The notes under the pieces: generated by a model
The model's database searches: none
What the model was told of the DNA's origin: nothing
Seen by the model: the letters and a program-made list of their open reading frames with translations, nothing else
Shown here: piece by piece, positions 1 to 15,212 of the stretch
Position numbering within the stretch: the first letter of the stretch is position 1
How the letters are laid out: each line of letters opens with the position of its first letter
Position numbers and translations under genes: made by a program
Source of the DNA: the human T2T-CHM13v2.0 reference genome, Homo sapiens
DNA length: 64,000 nt
Assembly (NCBI RefSeq): GCF_009914755.1
Contig: NC_060933.1
Strand: one strand, 5' to 3'

Positions 1-3801
<3,801 letters not shown>

Positions 3802-3864
3802 TATGATGTTAGCTGGTTATTTTGCTCATTAGTTGATGCAGTTTCTTCCTAGCCTCAATGGTCT

Positions 3865-4881
3865 TTACAATTTGGCATGATTTTACAGTGGCTGGTACCA
3901 GTTGTTCCTTTCCATGTTTAGTGCTTCCTTCAGGAGCTCTTGTAGGGCAGGCCTGGTGGTGACAAAATCTCTCAGCATTTACTTGTCTGTAAAGGATTTT
4001 ATTTCTCCTTCACTTATGAAGCTTAGTTTTGCTGGGCATGAAATTCTGGGTTGAAAATTCTTTTCTTTAAGAATGTTGAATATTGGCCCCCACTCTCTTC
4101 TGGCTTGTAGAGTTTCTGCCAAGAGATCTGCTGTTAGTCTGATGGGCTTCCCTTTGTGGGTAACCCGACCTTTCTCTCTGGCTGCCCTTAACATTTTTTC
4201 CTTCATTTCAACTTTGGTGAATCTGACAATTATGTGTCTTGGAGTTGCTCTTCTCGTGGAGTATCTTTGTGGTATTCTCTGTATTTCCGGAATTTGAATG
4301 TTGGCCTGCCTTGCTAGATTGGGGAAGTTCTCCTGTATAATATCCTGCAGAGTGTTTTCCAACTTGGTTCCATTCTCCCCATCACTTTCAGATACGCCAA
4401 TCAGCTGTAGATTAGGTCTTTTCACATAGTCCCATATTTCTTGGAGGCTTTGTTCGTTTCTTTTTATTCTTTTTTCTCTAAACTTCTCTTCTCGCTTCAT
4501 TTCATTCATTTGATCTTCCATCACTGATATGCTTCCTTCCAGTTGATTGAGTCAGCTACTGAAGCTTGTGCATGCATCACGTAGTTCTCGTGCCATGGTT
4601 TTCAGCTCCATCAGGTACTTTAAGGACTTCTCTGCCTTGGTTATTCTAGTTAGCCATTTGTCTAATCTTCTTTCAAGGTTTTTAACTTCTTTGCCATGGG
4701 TTTGAACTTCCTCCTTTAGCTCAGAGAAGTTTGATCATCTGAAGCCTTCTTCTCTCAACTCATCAAAGTCATTCTGCGTCCAGCTTTGTTCCGTTGCTGG
4801 TGAGGAGCTGCATTCCTTTGGAGTGGGAGAGGTGCTCTGATTTTTAGAATTTTCAGTTTTTCTGCTCTGTTTTTTCCCCAT
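3865..4881 (-). pseudogene. L1 ORF1p, canonical 1017-nt span with premature stops
   Basis: ATG at 4881 (MGKKQ), TAA at 3865-3867. In-frame TGA at 4552-4554 (CGA>TGA) and TAA at 3979-3981. Confidence 0.92.
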
Positions 4882-5456
4882 CTTTGTGGTTTTATCTACC
4901 TTTGGTCTTTGATGATGGTGACATACAGATGGGATTTTGGTGTGGATGTCCTTTCTGTTTGTTGGTTTTCCTTCTAACAGTTTGGACCCTCAGCTTCAGG
5001 TCTGTTGGAGTTTGCTGGAGGTCCACTCCAGACCCTGTTTGCCTGGGTATCAGCAGCTGAGGCTGCAGAACAGAGAATATTGGTGAACAGCAAATGTTGC
5101 TGCCTGATCATTCCTCTGAAAGTTTTGTCTCAGAGGGGTTCCCGGCTGTGTGAGGTGTCAGTCTGCCCCTACTGGGGGGTGCCTCCCAGTTAGGCTACTC
5201 AGGGGTCAGGGACCCACTTGAGGAGGCAGTCTGTCCATTCTCAGATTTCAAGCTCCATGCTGGGAGAACCACTACTGTCTTCCAAGCTGTCAGACAGGGA
5301 CATTTAAGTCTGCAGAGGTTTCTGCTGCCTTTTGTTTGGCTATGCCGTGCACCCAGAGTTGGAGTCTACAGTGGCAGGCAGGACTCCTTGAGCTGCGGTG
5401 GGCTCCACCCAGTTCGAGCTTCCCGGCCACTTTGTTTATCTACTCAAGCCTTGGCA

Positions 5457-5981
5457 ATGGTGGGCGCCCCTCCCCCAGCCTCACTGCCACCTTGCAGTAT
5501 GATCTCAGCCTGCTTTGCTAGCAATGAGAGAGGCTCCCTTTCTGTAGGACCCTCTGAGCCATGCGCGGGATATAATCTCCTGGTGTGCCGTTTGCTAAGA
5601 CTGTCAGAAATACGCAGTATTAGGGTGGGAGTGACCCGATTTTCCAGGTGTTGTCTGTCACCCCTTTCCTTGGCTAGGAAAGGGAATTCCCTGACCCCTT
5701 GCATTTCCCGGATGAGGCGATGCCTCACCCTCCTTCGGCTCATGCTGGGTGCGCTGCACCCACTGTCCTGCACCCACTATCCAACAATCCCCAGTGAGAT
5801 GAACCTGGTACCTCAGTTTGAAATGCAGAAATCATCCATCTTCTGCGTCGCTAACACTGGGAGCTGTAGACTGGAGCTGTTCCTATTCGGCCATCTTGGA
5901 ACCACCCCCCTGAATTATTGTAGTTTTCTGTGTCAACTTAGAGGAAAAGAAAAGAAAGAAACCAGGAATAGAATAAGATAA
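5457..5981 (+). CDS. L1 antisense ORF0 homologue, open for 174 codons (expression unproven)
   Basis: MVGAPPPASLPPCSMISACFASNERG... matches the ORF0 N-terminus. gcaATGg start context. In frame with track ORF 5388..5981. Confidence 0.45.
   Translation: MVGAPPPASLPPCSMISACFASNERGSLSVGPSEPCAGYNLLVCRLLRLSEIRSIRVGVTRFSRCCLSPLSLARKGNSLTPCISRMRRCLTLLRLMLGALHPLSCTHYPTIPSEMNLVPQFEMQKSSIFCVANTGSCRLELFLFGHLGTTPLNYCSFLCQLRGKEKKETRNRIR
5888..5898 (-). promoter_or_regulatory. YY1 site of the L1 internal promoter
   Basis: CAAGATGGCCG on the minus strand at the L1 5' end; an identical site is at 15063-15073. Confidence 0.8.
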
Positions 5982-6167
5982 GGGACACATGTGCAAAAAC
6001 AGCAGGGAGCTAGAAGTGAGAAACTTTTTTACAAACTACACAGTCAAGCTGTCCATCAGGTGTGATTTGGAAAATTTGCTGGACCAAAGATAATCCAGTC
6101 TGGGGACAAACACTGAGCTTGAGCAGGTTGAATGAAAGATAAATAGGAGAACAACAAACATGAGGCC

Positions 6168-6917
6168 TGTTATGGCTTCATATGAATATTGTTCCCCAAA
6201 AAGGGACACAGTTGAAGTCCTAACCTCCAGTACCTCTAAGTGTGAACTTATATGGGAATAGGGTGTTGCAAATGTAGTTAGTTAATTCAAAGTGAGGTCA
6301 GGCCAGGCATGGTGTCTCACACCTGTAATCCCAACACTTTGGGAGGCTGAGATGGGCAGATCATTTGAGCCCAGGATTTCAAGACAAGCCTGGGCAATAT
6401 GGCAAGACCCCCATCTCTACTAAAAATATACAAAAAATTAGCTGAGTGTGGTGATGTGCACCTGTAGTCCCAGCTCTTTGGGAGGCTGAGGTAGGGAGAT
6501 CACTTTTTGAGGAGGCAGAGGCTGCAGTGAACTGAGATCGCACCAAATAAATAAAATAAATAAAGTGAGGTCATACTAATGTAGGGTGGGTCCTTAATCT
6601 GACTGATGTCCTTATAAGAAGACAGAACTTTGGAGTCAAACACACAGGAGAATGCCATGTGAAAATAGACACAGATGGAAGATGCTCACAGAGGTTGGAA
6701 TGATGCGGCCACAATTCAAGGCTCTCCTAGACTACTAGAGGCTGGAAGAGAAAGAAAGATTCCTCCTCTAGAGGCTTGGTGGGGTGTGGGGGGACGACCC
6801 CTATCACCACCTTGATTTTGGGCTTCCAACTTCCAGAACTGTGAGAGAATAATTTCTGCTGTTTTAGCCACCAAGTTGGTTTTACTTTCTTACTGCAGCC
6901 CTAAAAACACTAATACA
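6168..6917 (+). mobile_element. MaLR solo LTR (MLT1B/C-like), split by an Alu
   Basis: TGTTATGG start, CCAGAACTGTGAGAGAATAA..TAATACA end, near-matching 5-bp flanks AGGCC/AGACC. Confidence 0.8.
6301..6561 (+). mobile_element. AluJ-like SINE lacking the end of its right monomer
   Basis: GGCCAGGCATGGTG start; TSD AAAGTGAGGTCA at 6289-6300 and 6562-6573. Confidence 0.92.
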
Positions 6918-7149
6918 AGACCTATTAAAAAGTTCTGCCTGAATAAAGGGAAAAATCACCATTCGGAGAGCTCAAAAGAAAAACATACTCAAAAAGAAAT
7001 TTGTTGAAGAATACACATAAAAATTTCAGTAAATTTTTTAGCATCCTGTATAAAATGTGAGCAAATTTGGATTATATTATAAGGGGAAAAAAAGACTTGG
7101 TAAAAATGAGATGAATTAGATTTGGAAAAATTTAAAAATAATCCAAATT

Positions 7150-8120
7150 ACAGCATCTTAAGTAAAAGAGCAAGGGGAATATGGGAACTGTTCATAATGT
7201 CTTTATGATTTTTCTGTAAATCTAAGGCTATTATAAAATAATACAAAGTGGTTTTTTTTTAAGAAAAACAGGAGAATGGTCAAAACAAAATTCAACATTA
7301 CGTTAACTCCTGGTAAGAAGTATGGGGCATGAAGTTGGTGAGGAGCACACCTTCAAAAGTATTGGTAGTGTTCAGCTCGTAAGATGGATGTTAAATTATG
7401 AGTATTTATTATGTTCAATAATGTGTATGCTTATTACATTATTTTATGTGTTAAATATTATGTAATAAAAACTTTAAAAGAGTGTCAGAATAAAAACACA
7501 TGATTGAGTAAAGACTAGATCTGATCCTATAGAAGAAAAACTTTAATACTTTCCTGTGAAGAAAAGAATATAAGAAGAAAAGATTTGAAAGGACTTACAT
7601 ACAGAAAATGAAGAGCTCAACCCTAGAATGAATGTAATAGTAGAAAAACGATTTTTCCTGTATTGAAGGAAGAGCTATGTATTGAACACGCTCACTCCAG
7701 ACAAAACTAATTAAGAGACTTATTTCTAAATGCAGACCGGAAAGTTTTTTTGAGGTACAGAGATAAAGACAAAATACCTCACCAGCATTCTGGCAGAATA
7801 AAAAAAGTGTTTCTAACAAAGAAATAATAATCAAGTTACCACAAACTCCTTTTCTGTAACATTAAATTCCAGAAAATAATACAACAACACCTGGCGTTCC
7901 AGGAGAAATGCTATGACCCAATAATTTTATAATAAAAAAATACCATTCTTACAAGAAGGTAACAAAAAGACATTCTCAGACATGAAACAGCCCAGGAAAT
8001 AGGCTACCCACAGACTCAACTCAGAAAAAAATTTTTAACTTTATATTCCAATCAACTGAGATGAAGCAACACCAAGTGCTTCAAAAATTGGGAAGTCAGA
8101 ATATTCAAGGGCTGAATAAT
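7150..8120 (+). mobile_element. Ancient L1M/HAL1-like fragments (3' UTR and ORF1-like pieces)
   Basis: A-rich, degenerate similarity to old L1 sequence. Confidence 0.4.
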
Positions 8121-8249
8121 ATTCATATTTTAAATTTCTGAATAGTATTATAAAGCTATTAAAGAAGACATGCAAAAACAAAGAATTATTTCAAGAAAAA
8201 TATGTGTAAAATAATTTTACAACAATTTTCTGGATCTTAAAATCAAAAT

Positions 8250-8445
8250 ATAGTATCTGGATCTTAAATATAGATAAATATAGATATAGATAGAAATATA
8301 TACTTTCTATATAATTATCTCTCCATATTAGATATAATCCATATACTTCTATCTCTATATGCATATTATCTATGTAATTATTATCAAAATATAGATCTCT
8401 ATATATATTTATAGATAGATGAAACTATATCTATCTATATCTACA
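8250..8445. repeat. AT-rich low-complexity (TA/GATA/TATC) tract
   Basis: Visible directly in the sequence. Confidence 0.8.
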
Positions 8446-8918
8446 GCTCAAAGACTGCTAGTAATTTTCCCTAACAACCACAATTGGTAAGAATCTTTCT
8501 TATCCCTCCTTACTGTTACTGGCAACCAAACCTAAGATACCATCAGAAGTAATCTTATTATGCTCCATTCCTGGCATCAGTCACTAAAAGAAGCCCAAGA
8601 CTTTGAGGTCATCTTTCTTTACTGGGACTCTAATCCTCATATAGCTTTGCACATTTCTTACACTGATCTAATCTCCTACTCTTTTCTTTATTTTAATCAT
8701 ATTTATTTATTTTATTATAGTTTAAGTTCTGGGATACATGTGCAGAACATGCAGGTTTGTTACATAGATATACATGTGCCATGGTGGTTTGCTGCACCCA
8801 TCAACCTGTCATCTACGTTAGGTATTTTTTCCTAATGCTCTTCCTCCCCTTGCCTCTCACATCCCAACGGGCCCCAGTGTGTGATATTCCCCTCCCTGTG
8901 CCCATGTGTTATCAATGT

Positions 8919-11900
8919 TCAACTCCCACTTGTGAGTGAGAACATGTGGTGTTTGGTTTTCCGTTTCTGTGTTACTTTGCTGAGAATGATGGTTTCCAGC
9001 TTCATCCATGTCCCTGAAAAGGACATGAACTCATTATTTTACGGCTGCACAGCATTCCACGGTGTATATATGCTACATATTATTTATCCAATCTAACACT
9101 GATGGGCATTTGGGTTGGTTCCAAGTCTTTGCTATTGTGAACAGTGCTGCAATAAACATATGTGTGCATGTGTCTTTATGGTAGAATAATGTATAATCCT
9201 TTGGGTATATACCCAGTAATTGGATTACTGGGTCAAATAGTATTTTTAGTTCTAGATCCTTGAGGAATCGCCACACTCTCTTCCACAATGGTTGAACTAA
9301 TTTACACTCCTAACAATAGTGTAAAAGTGTTTCTATTTCTCTACATTCCCTCCAGTATCTGTTGTTTCCTGACTTTTTAACGATCTCCATTCTAATTGGC
9401 GTGAGATGTTATCTCATTGTGGTTTTGATTTGCACCAGTGATGATGAGCTTTTTTTCATATGTTTGTGGGTCATATAAATGTCTTCTTTTGAGAAGTGTC
9501 TGTTCATATCCTTTGCCCACTTTTTGATGGGGTTGTTTTTTTCTTGAAATTTGTTTAAGTTCCTTGTAGGTTCTGTATATTATCCCTTTGTCAGATGGAT
9601 AGATTGCAAAATTTTTCTCCCATTCTGTAGGTTGCCTGTTCACTCTGAGTGTAGTTTCTTTTGCTGTACAGAAGCTCTTTCGTTTAATTAGATCCCATTT
9701 GTCAATTTTGGCTTTTGTTGCCATTGCTTTGGGTGTTTTAGTCATGAAATCTTTGCCCATGTCTATGTCCTGAATGGTATTGCCTAGGTTTTCTTCTAGG
9801 GTTTTTAATGGTTTTAGGTCTTAAGTTTAAGTCTTTAATCCATCTTGAGTTAATTTTTGTATAAGGTGTAAGGAAAGGGTACAGTTTCAGTTTTCTGCAT
9901 ATGGCTAGCCAGGTTTCCCAGCACCATTTATTAAATAGGGAATTCTTTCCCCATTGCTTGTTTTTGTCAGGCTTGTCAAAGATCAGATGGTTGTAGATGT
10001 GTGGCATTATTTCTGAGGCCTCTGTTCTGTTCCGTTGGTCTACATATCTGCTTTGGTACCAGTACCATGCTGTTTTGGTTACTGTCCCTTGTAGTATAGT
10101 TTGAAGTCAGGTAGCATGAAGCCTCCAGCTTTGTTCTTTTTGCTTAGGTTTGTCTTGGCTATACAGGTTCTTTTTTGGTTCCATATGAAATTTGAAATAG
10201 TTTCTTCCAATTCTGTGAAGAAAGCCAATGGTAGCTTGATGGGACTAGCATTGAATCTGTAAATTACTTTGGGCAGTATGGCCATTTTCACGATATTGAG
10301 TCTTCCTATCCATGAGCGTGGAATGTTTTTCCATTTGTTTGTGTCCTCTCTTGTTTTCATGAGCAGTGGTTTGTAGTTCTCACTGAAGAGGTCCTTCATA
10401 TACCTTGTAAGTTGTATTCCTAGGTATTTCATTCTCTTGTAGCAATTGTGAATGGGAGTTCCCTCATGTTTTGGCTCTCTGTTTGTCTGCTATTGGTGTA
10501 TAGGAATACTTGTGATTTTCGCACATTGATTTTGTATCCTGAGACTTTGCTGAAGTTGCTTATCAGATTAAAGAGTTTTTGGGCTGAGATAATGGGGTTT
10601 TCTAAATATACAATCATGTCATCTGCAAAGAGAGACAACATGATTTCCTCTCTTCCTATTTGAATACTCTTTATATCTTTCTCTTGCCTGACTGCCCTGG
10701 CCAGAACTTCCAATACTATGCTGAATAGGAGTGGTGAGAGAGGGCATCCTTGTCTTATACTGGTTTTCAAAGGGAATGCTTCCAGATTTTGCTCATTCCA
10801 TATGATATTGGCTGTGGGTCTGTCATACATAGCTCTCATTATTTTGAGATATGTTCCATCAATACCTAGTTTATTGAGTGTTTTTAGTATGAAGGGGTGT
10901 TGAATTTTATCAAAGGCCTTTTCTGCATCTATTGAGATAATCAAGTGGTTTTTGTTATTGGTTCTGTTTATGTGATAGATAATGTTTATTGATTTGCGTA
11001 TGTTGAACCAGCCTTGCATCCCAGGAGTGAAGCCAACTTGATCGTGGTGGATAAGCTTTTTGATGTGCTGCTGGATTCAGTTTGCTAGTATTTTATTGAG
11101 GATTTTCACATTGATGTTCATCAGGGATATTGGCCTGAAATTTTCTTTGTTTGTTGTGTCTCTGCCAGGTTTTGGTATCAGGATGATGCTGGCCTCATAA
11201 AATGAGTTAGGGATGAGTCCCTCTTTTTCTGTTGTTTGGAATACTTCCAGAAGGAATTATTCCTTTGTACCTCTGGTAGAATTTAGCTGTGAATCCATCT
11301 GGTCCTGGGCTTTTGTTGTTGGTAGGCTATTAATTACTGCCTCTATTTCAGAACCTGTTATTGTTCTATTCAGGGATTTGACTTCTTCCTAGTTTAGTCT
11401 TGGGAGAGTGTATATGTCCAGGAATTTATCCTTTTCTTCTAGATTTTCTAGTTTGTTTGTGTGGAGGCATTTATAGTATTCTCTGAGGGTAGTTTGCATT
11501 TCTGTGGGATCAGTGGTGATCTCTCCTTTATTATTTTTTATTGTGTCTATTTGATTCTTCTCTCTTTTCTTCTCTATTAGTCTGGCTAGCTGTCTATTTA
11601 TTTTGTTAATCTTTTCAAAAAACCAGCTCCTGAACTCATTGATTTTTTTAAGGGTTTTACATGTCTCTATCTCCTTCACTTCTACTTTAATCTTAGTTCT
11701 TTCTTGTCTTCTGCTAGCTTTTGAATTTGTTTGCTCTTGCTTCTCTAGTTATTTTAACTGTGGTGTTCGGGTGTCAATTTTAGATCTTTTCTGCTTTCTC
11801 TTGTGGGCATTTAGTGCTATAAATTTCCCTCTGAACACTGCTTTAGCTGCGTCCTAGAGATTCTGGTACATTGTGTCTTTGTTCCTCTTGCTTTCAAAGA

Positions 11901-12717
11901 ACTTCTTTATTTCTGGCTTAATTTCATTTTTTTACCCAGGAGTCATTCAGGAGCAGATTATTGAGCTTCCATATAGTTGTGCAGTTTTGAGTGAGTTTCT
12001 TAATCCTGAGTTCTAATTTGATTGCACTGTGGTCTCAGAGACTGTTTGTTATGATTTCCATTCTTTTGCATTTGCTAAGGACTGTTTTATTCCAATTATC
12101 TGGGCAATTTTAGAATATGTGCTATGTGGTGCTGAGAAGAATGTATATACTGTTGATTTGGGGTGGAGAGTTCTGTAGATGTCTATTAGGTCTGCTTGGT
12201 CCAGAGCTGAGTTCAAGTTCTAAATATCTTTTTTAATTTCCTATCTCATTGATCTGTCTAATGTTGACAGTGGAGTGTTAAAGTCTCCCACTATTATTGT
12301 ATGGGAGTCTAAGTCTCTTTGTAGGTCTCTAAGAACTTGCTTTATGAATCTTGGTGCTCCTGTATTGGGTGCATTTATATTTAGGATAGTTAGCTCTTCT
12401 TGTTACATTTATCCCTTTACCATTATGTAATGCCCTTCTTTGTCTTTTTTTATCTTTGTTGGTTTAAAGTCTGTTTTATCAGAGACTAGGATTGCAACAC
12501 CTGATATTTTTTTCTTTCCATTTGTTTGGTAAATCTCCCTCCATCCCTTTATTTTGAGTCTATGTATTTCTTTGCACATGAGATGGGTCTCCTGGATACA
12601 GCACACCGATAGTCCTTGAATCTTTATCCAATTTGCCAGTCTTTGTCTTTTAATTGGGGCATTTAGCCCATTTACATTTAAGGTTAATATTGTTATATGA
12701 GAATTTGATCCTGTCAT
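8919..12717 (-). pseudogene. L1 ORF2, disrupted
   Basis: MTGSNSHIT start at 12717, LFADD in 10429..11019, many breaks. Confidence 0.93.
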
Positions 12718-12780
12718 TATGATGTTAGCTGGTTATTTTGCCCATTAGCTAATGCAGTTTCTTCATAGTGTCGATGGTCT

Positions 12781-13802
12781 TTACATTTTGGTTTGCTTTT
12801 GCAGTGGCTGGTACTGGTTTTTCCTTTCCATATTTAGTGCTTCCTTCAGGAGCTCTTGTAAGGCAGACCTGGTGGTGACAAAATCCCTCAGCATTTGCTT
12901 GTCTATGAAGGATTTTATTTCTCCTTCACTTTTGAAACTTACTTTGGCTGGATATGAAATTCTGGGTTGAAAATTATTTTCTTTAAGAATGTTGAATATT
13001 GGCCCCCACTCTTCTGGCTTTTAGAGTTTCTGCAGAGATATTTGCTGTTAGTCTGATGGGCTTCCCTTTGTGGGTAACCTGACCTTTCTTTCTGGCTGCC
13101 CTTAACATTTTTTCCTTCATTTCAACCTTGGTGAATCTGACGATTATGTGTCTTGGGGTTCCTCTTCTCAAGGAGTATCTTTGTGGTGTTTGAATTTCCT
13201 GAATTTGAATGTTGGCCTGTCTTGCTAGATTGGGGAAGTTCTCCTGTATAATATCCTGCAGAGTGTTTTCCAACTTGGTTCCATTCTCCCCGTCACTTTC
13301 AGGTATACCAATCAATCATAGATTTTTGGTCTTTTCACATAATCCCATATTTCTTGGAGGCTTTGTTTGTTCCTTTTCATTCTTCATCTCTAATCTTGTC
13401 TTCATGCTTTATTTCATTAAGTTGATCTTCGATCTCTAATATCCTTTCTTCCACTTGGTTGATTCCGCTATTGATACTTGTGTATGCTTCACGAAGTTCT
13501 CATGCTGTATTTTTCAGCTCCATCAGGTCATTTATCTTCTTCTCTAAACTGGTTATTCTGGTTAGCCATTCCTATAACCTTTTATCAGATTCTTAGCTTC
13601 CTTGCATTGGGTTAGAACATGCTCCTTTAGCTCAGAGGAGTTTGTTATTACCCACCTTCTGAAACCTACTTCTGTCAATTCGTCAAACTCATTCTCTGTC
13701 CAGTTTTGTTCCTTTGCTGGTGAGGAGTTGTGATCCTTGGGAAGAGAAGAGGCATTCTGGTTTTTGAAATTTTCAGCCCTTTTGTGCTGTTTTTTTCCTC
13801 AT
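12781..13802 (-). pseudogene. L1 ORF1, disrupted
   Basis: Fragment 12983..13315 (GTKLENTLQDIIQENFPNLARQ). ATG at 13802, TAA at 12781-12783. Confidence 0.9.
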
Positions 13803-15132
13803 CTTCATGGATTTATCTACCTTTGGTCTTTGATGTTGGTCATCTTTGGATGGAGTTTTTGCAAGGGCATCCTTTTTGTTGATGTTAGTGCTATTCCTTT
13901 CTGTTTGTTAGTTTTTCTTCTAACAGTCAGGCCCTTCTGCTGCAGGTCTGCTGGAGTTTGCTGGGGGTCCACTCCAGACCCTGTTTGCCTGGGTATCACC
14001 AGTGGAGGCTACAGAACAGCAAAGATTGCTACCTACTCCTTCCTCTAGAAGCTTCGTCCCAGAGGGGCACCCACAAGATGCCAGCCAGAGCTCTCCTGTT
14101 TAAAGTGTCTGTCGACCCCTGCTGGGAGGTGCCTCCCACTCAGGAGGCATGGTGGTCAGGGACCCACTTGAGGAGGCAGTCTATACCTTAGCAGAGCTCA
14201 AGTGTTGTGCTGGGAGATCCACTGCTCTCTTTAGAGCCAGCAGGCAGGAATGTTTAAGTCTGCTGAAGCTCCACCCACATCCGCCCCTTCCCCCTGGTGC
14301 TCTGTCCCAGGGAGATGAGGGTTTTATCTGTAAGTCCCTGACTGGGTCTGCTGCCTTTCTTTCAGAGATGCCCTGCCCAGAGAGGAGGAATCTAGACAGG
14401 CGGTCTGGCTACAGTGGCTTTGCTGAGCTACAGTGGGCTCCACCCAGTCCAAACTTCCGAGTGGCTTTGTTTACACTATGAGGGGAAAACCACCTACTCA
14501 ACCCTCAGTAATGGTAGATGCCCCTCCCTGCACCAAGCTCAAGCATCCCATTCGACCTCAGACTGCTGTGCTGGTAGTGAGAATTGGCTCCCTGGCTTCA
14601 GCCCCCTTTCCAGGGGAGTAAATGGTTCTGTCTCACTGGTATTCCAGGCACCACTGGGGCATGAAAAAAAACTCCTGCAGCTAGCTCAGTATCTGTCCAA
14701 ATGGCTGCCCAGTTTTGTGCTTGAAACCCAGGGCCCTTGTAGTGTAGGGACCCAAGGGAATCTTCTGGTCTGTGGGTTGCCAAGACTGTGGGAAAAGTGT
14801 AGTGTCTGGGCCGGATAGCACTATCCCTCACAGCACAGTCCCTCATGGCTTTCCCCGGCTAGGGGAGGAAATTCCCTTTCCCTTTGCACTTCCAGGTGAG
14901 GTGACACCTCACCCTGCTTCTGCTCGCCCTCAGTCGGCTGCACCCACTGTCTCATCTCATCTCACCCACTGAGATGAACCGGGTACCTCAGTTGGAAATG
15001 CAGAAATCATCCACCTTCTGCATTGGTCTTGCTGGAAGCTGCAGGCCAGAGCTGTTCCTATTCGGCCATCTTGCCCGGGAATCTAATCTCCTACTCTTTT
15101 CAACAGCTCAAAACCTTCCTTGGTACCCTATG

Positions 15133-15210
15133 TTAGGTTGGTGCAATAGTAATTGTGGTTTTTGCCATTAAAGTAATAATAAAACCACAATTACTTTTGC
15201 ACCTACCTAA
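15133..15210. mobile_element. MADE1 (Hsmar1-derived palindromic MITE)
   Basis: TTAGGTTGGTGCAATAGTAATTGTGGTTTT ... AAAACCACAATTACTTTTGCACCTACCTAA inverted arms, followed by TA. Confidence 0.93.
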
Positions 15211-15212
15211 TA

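Larger units (their letters stand above)
8687..15080 (-). mobile_element. Full-length LINE-1, L1PA7-like (~6.4 kb)
   Basis: T-rich tail at the left, 5' end GGGCAAGATGGCCGAATAGGAACAGCTC at the right. TSD ATCTAATCTCCTACTCTTTTC at 8666-8686 and 15081-15101. Confidence 0.95.

Noticed and set aside
8250-8445. Self-complementary TA/GATA tract as a structured RNA
   Set aside because: Low-complexity composition explains the apparent symmetry.
14433-14621. ORF0-like frame in the first L1PA7 (MVDAPPCTKL...)
   Set aside because: It diverges quickly from ORF0 and stops after ~36 codons across a 5'UTR deletion.
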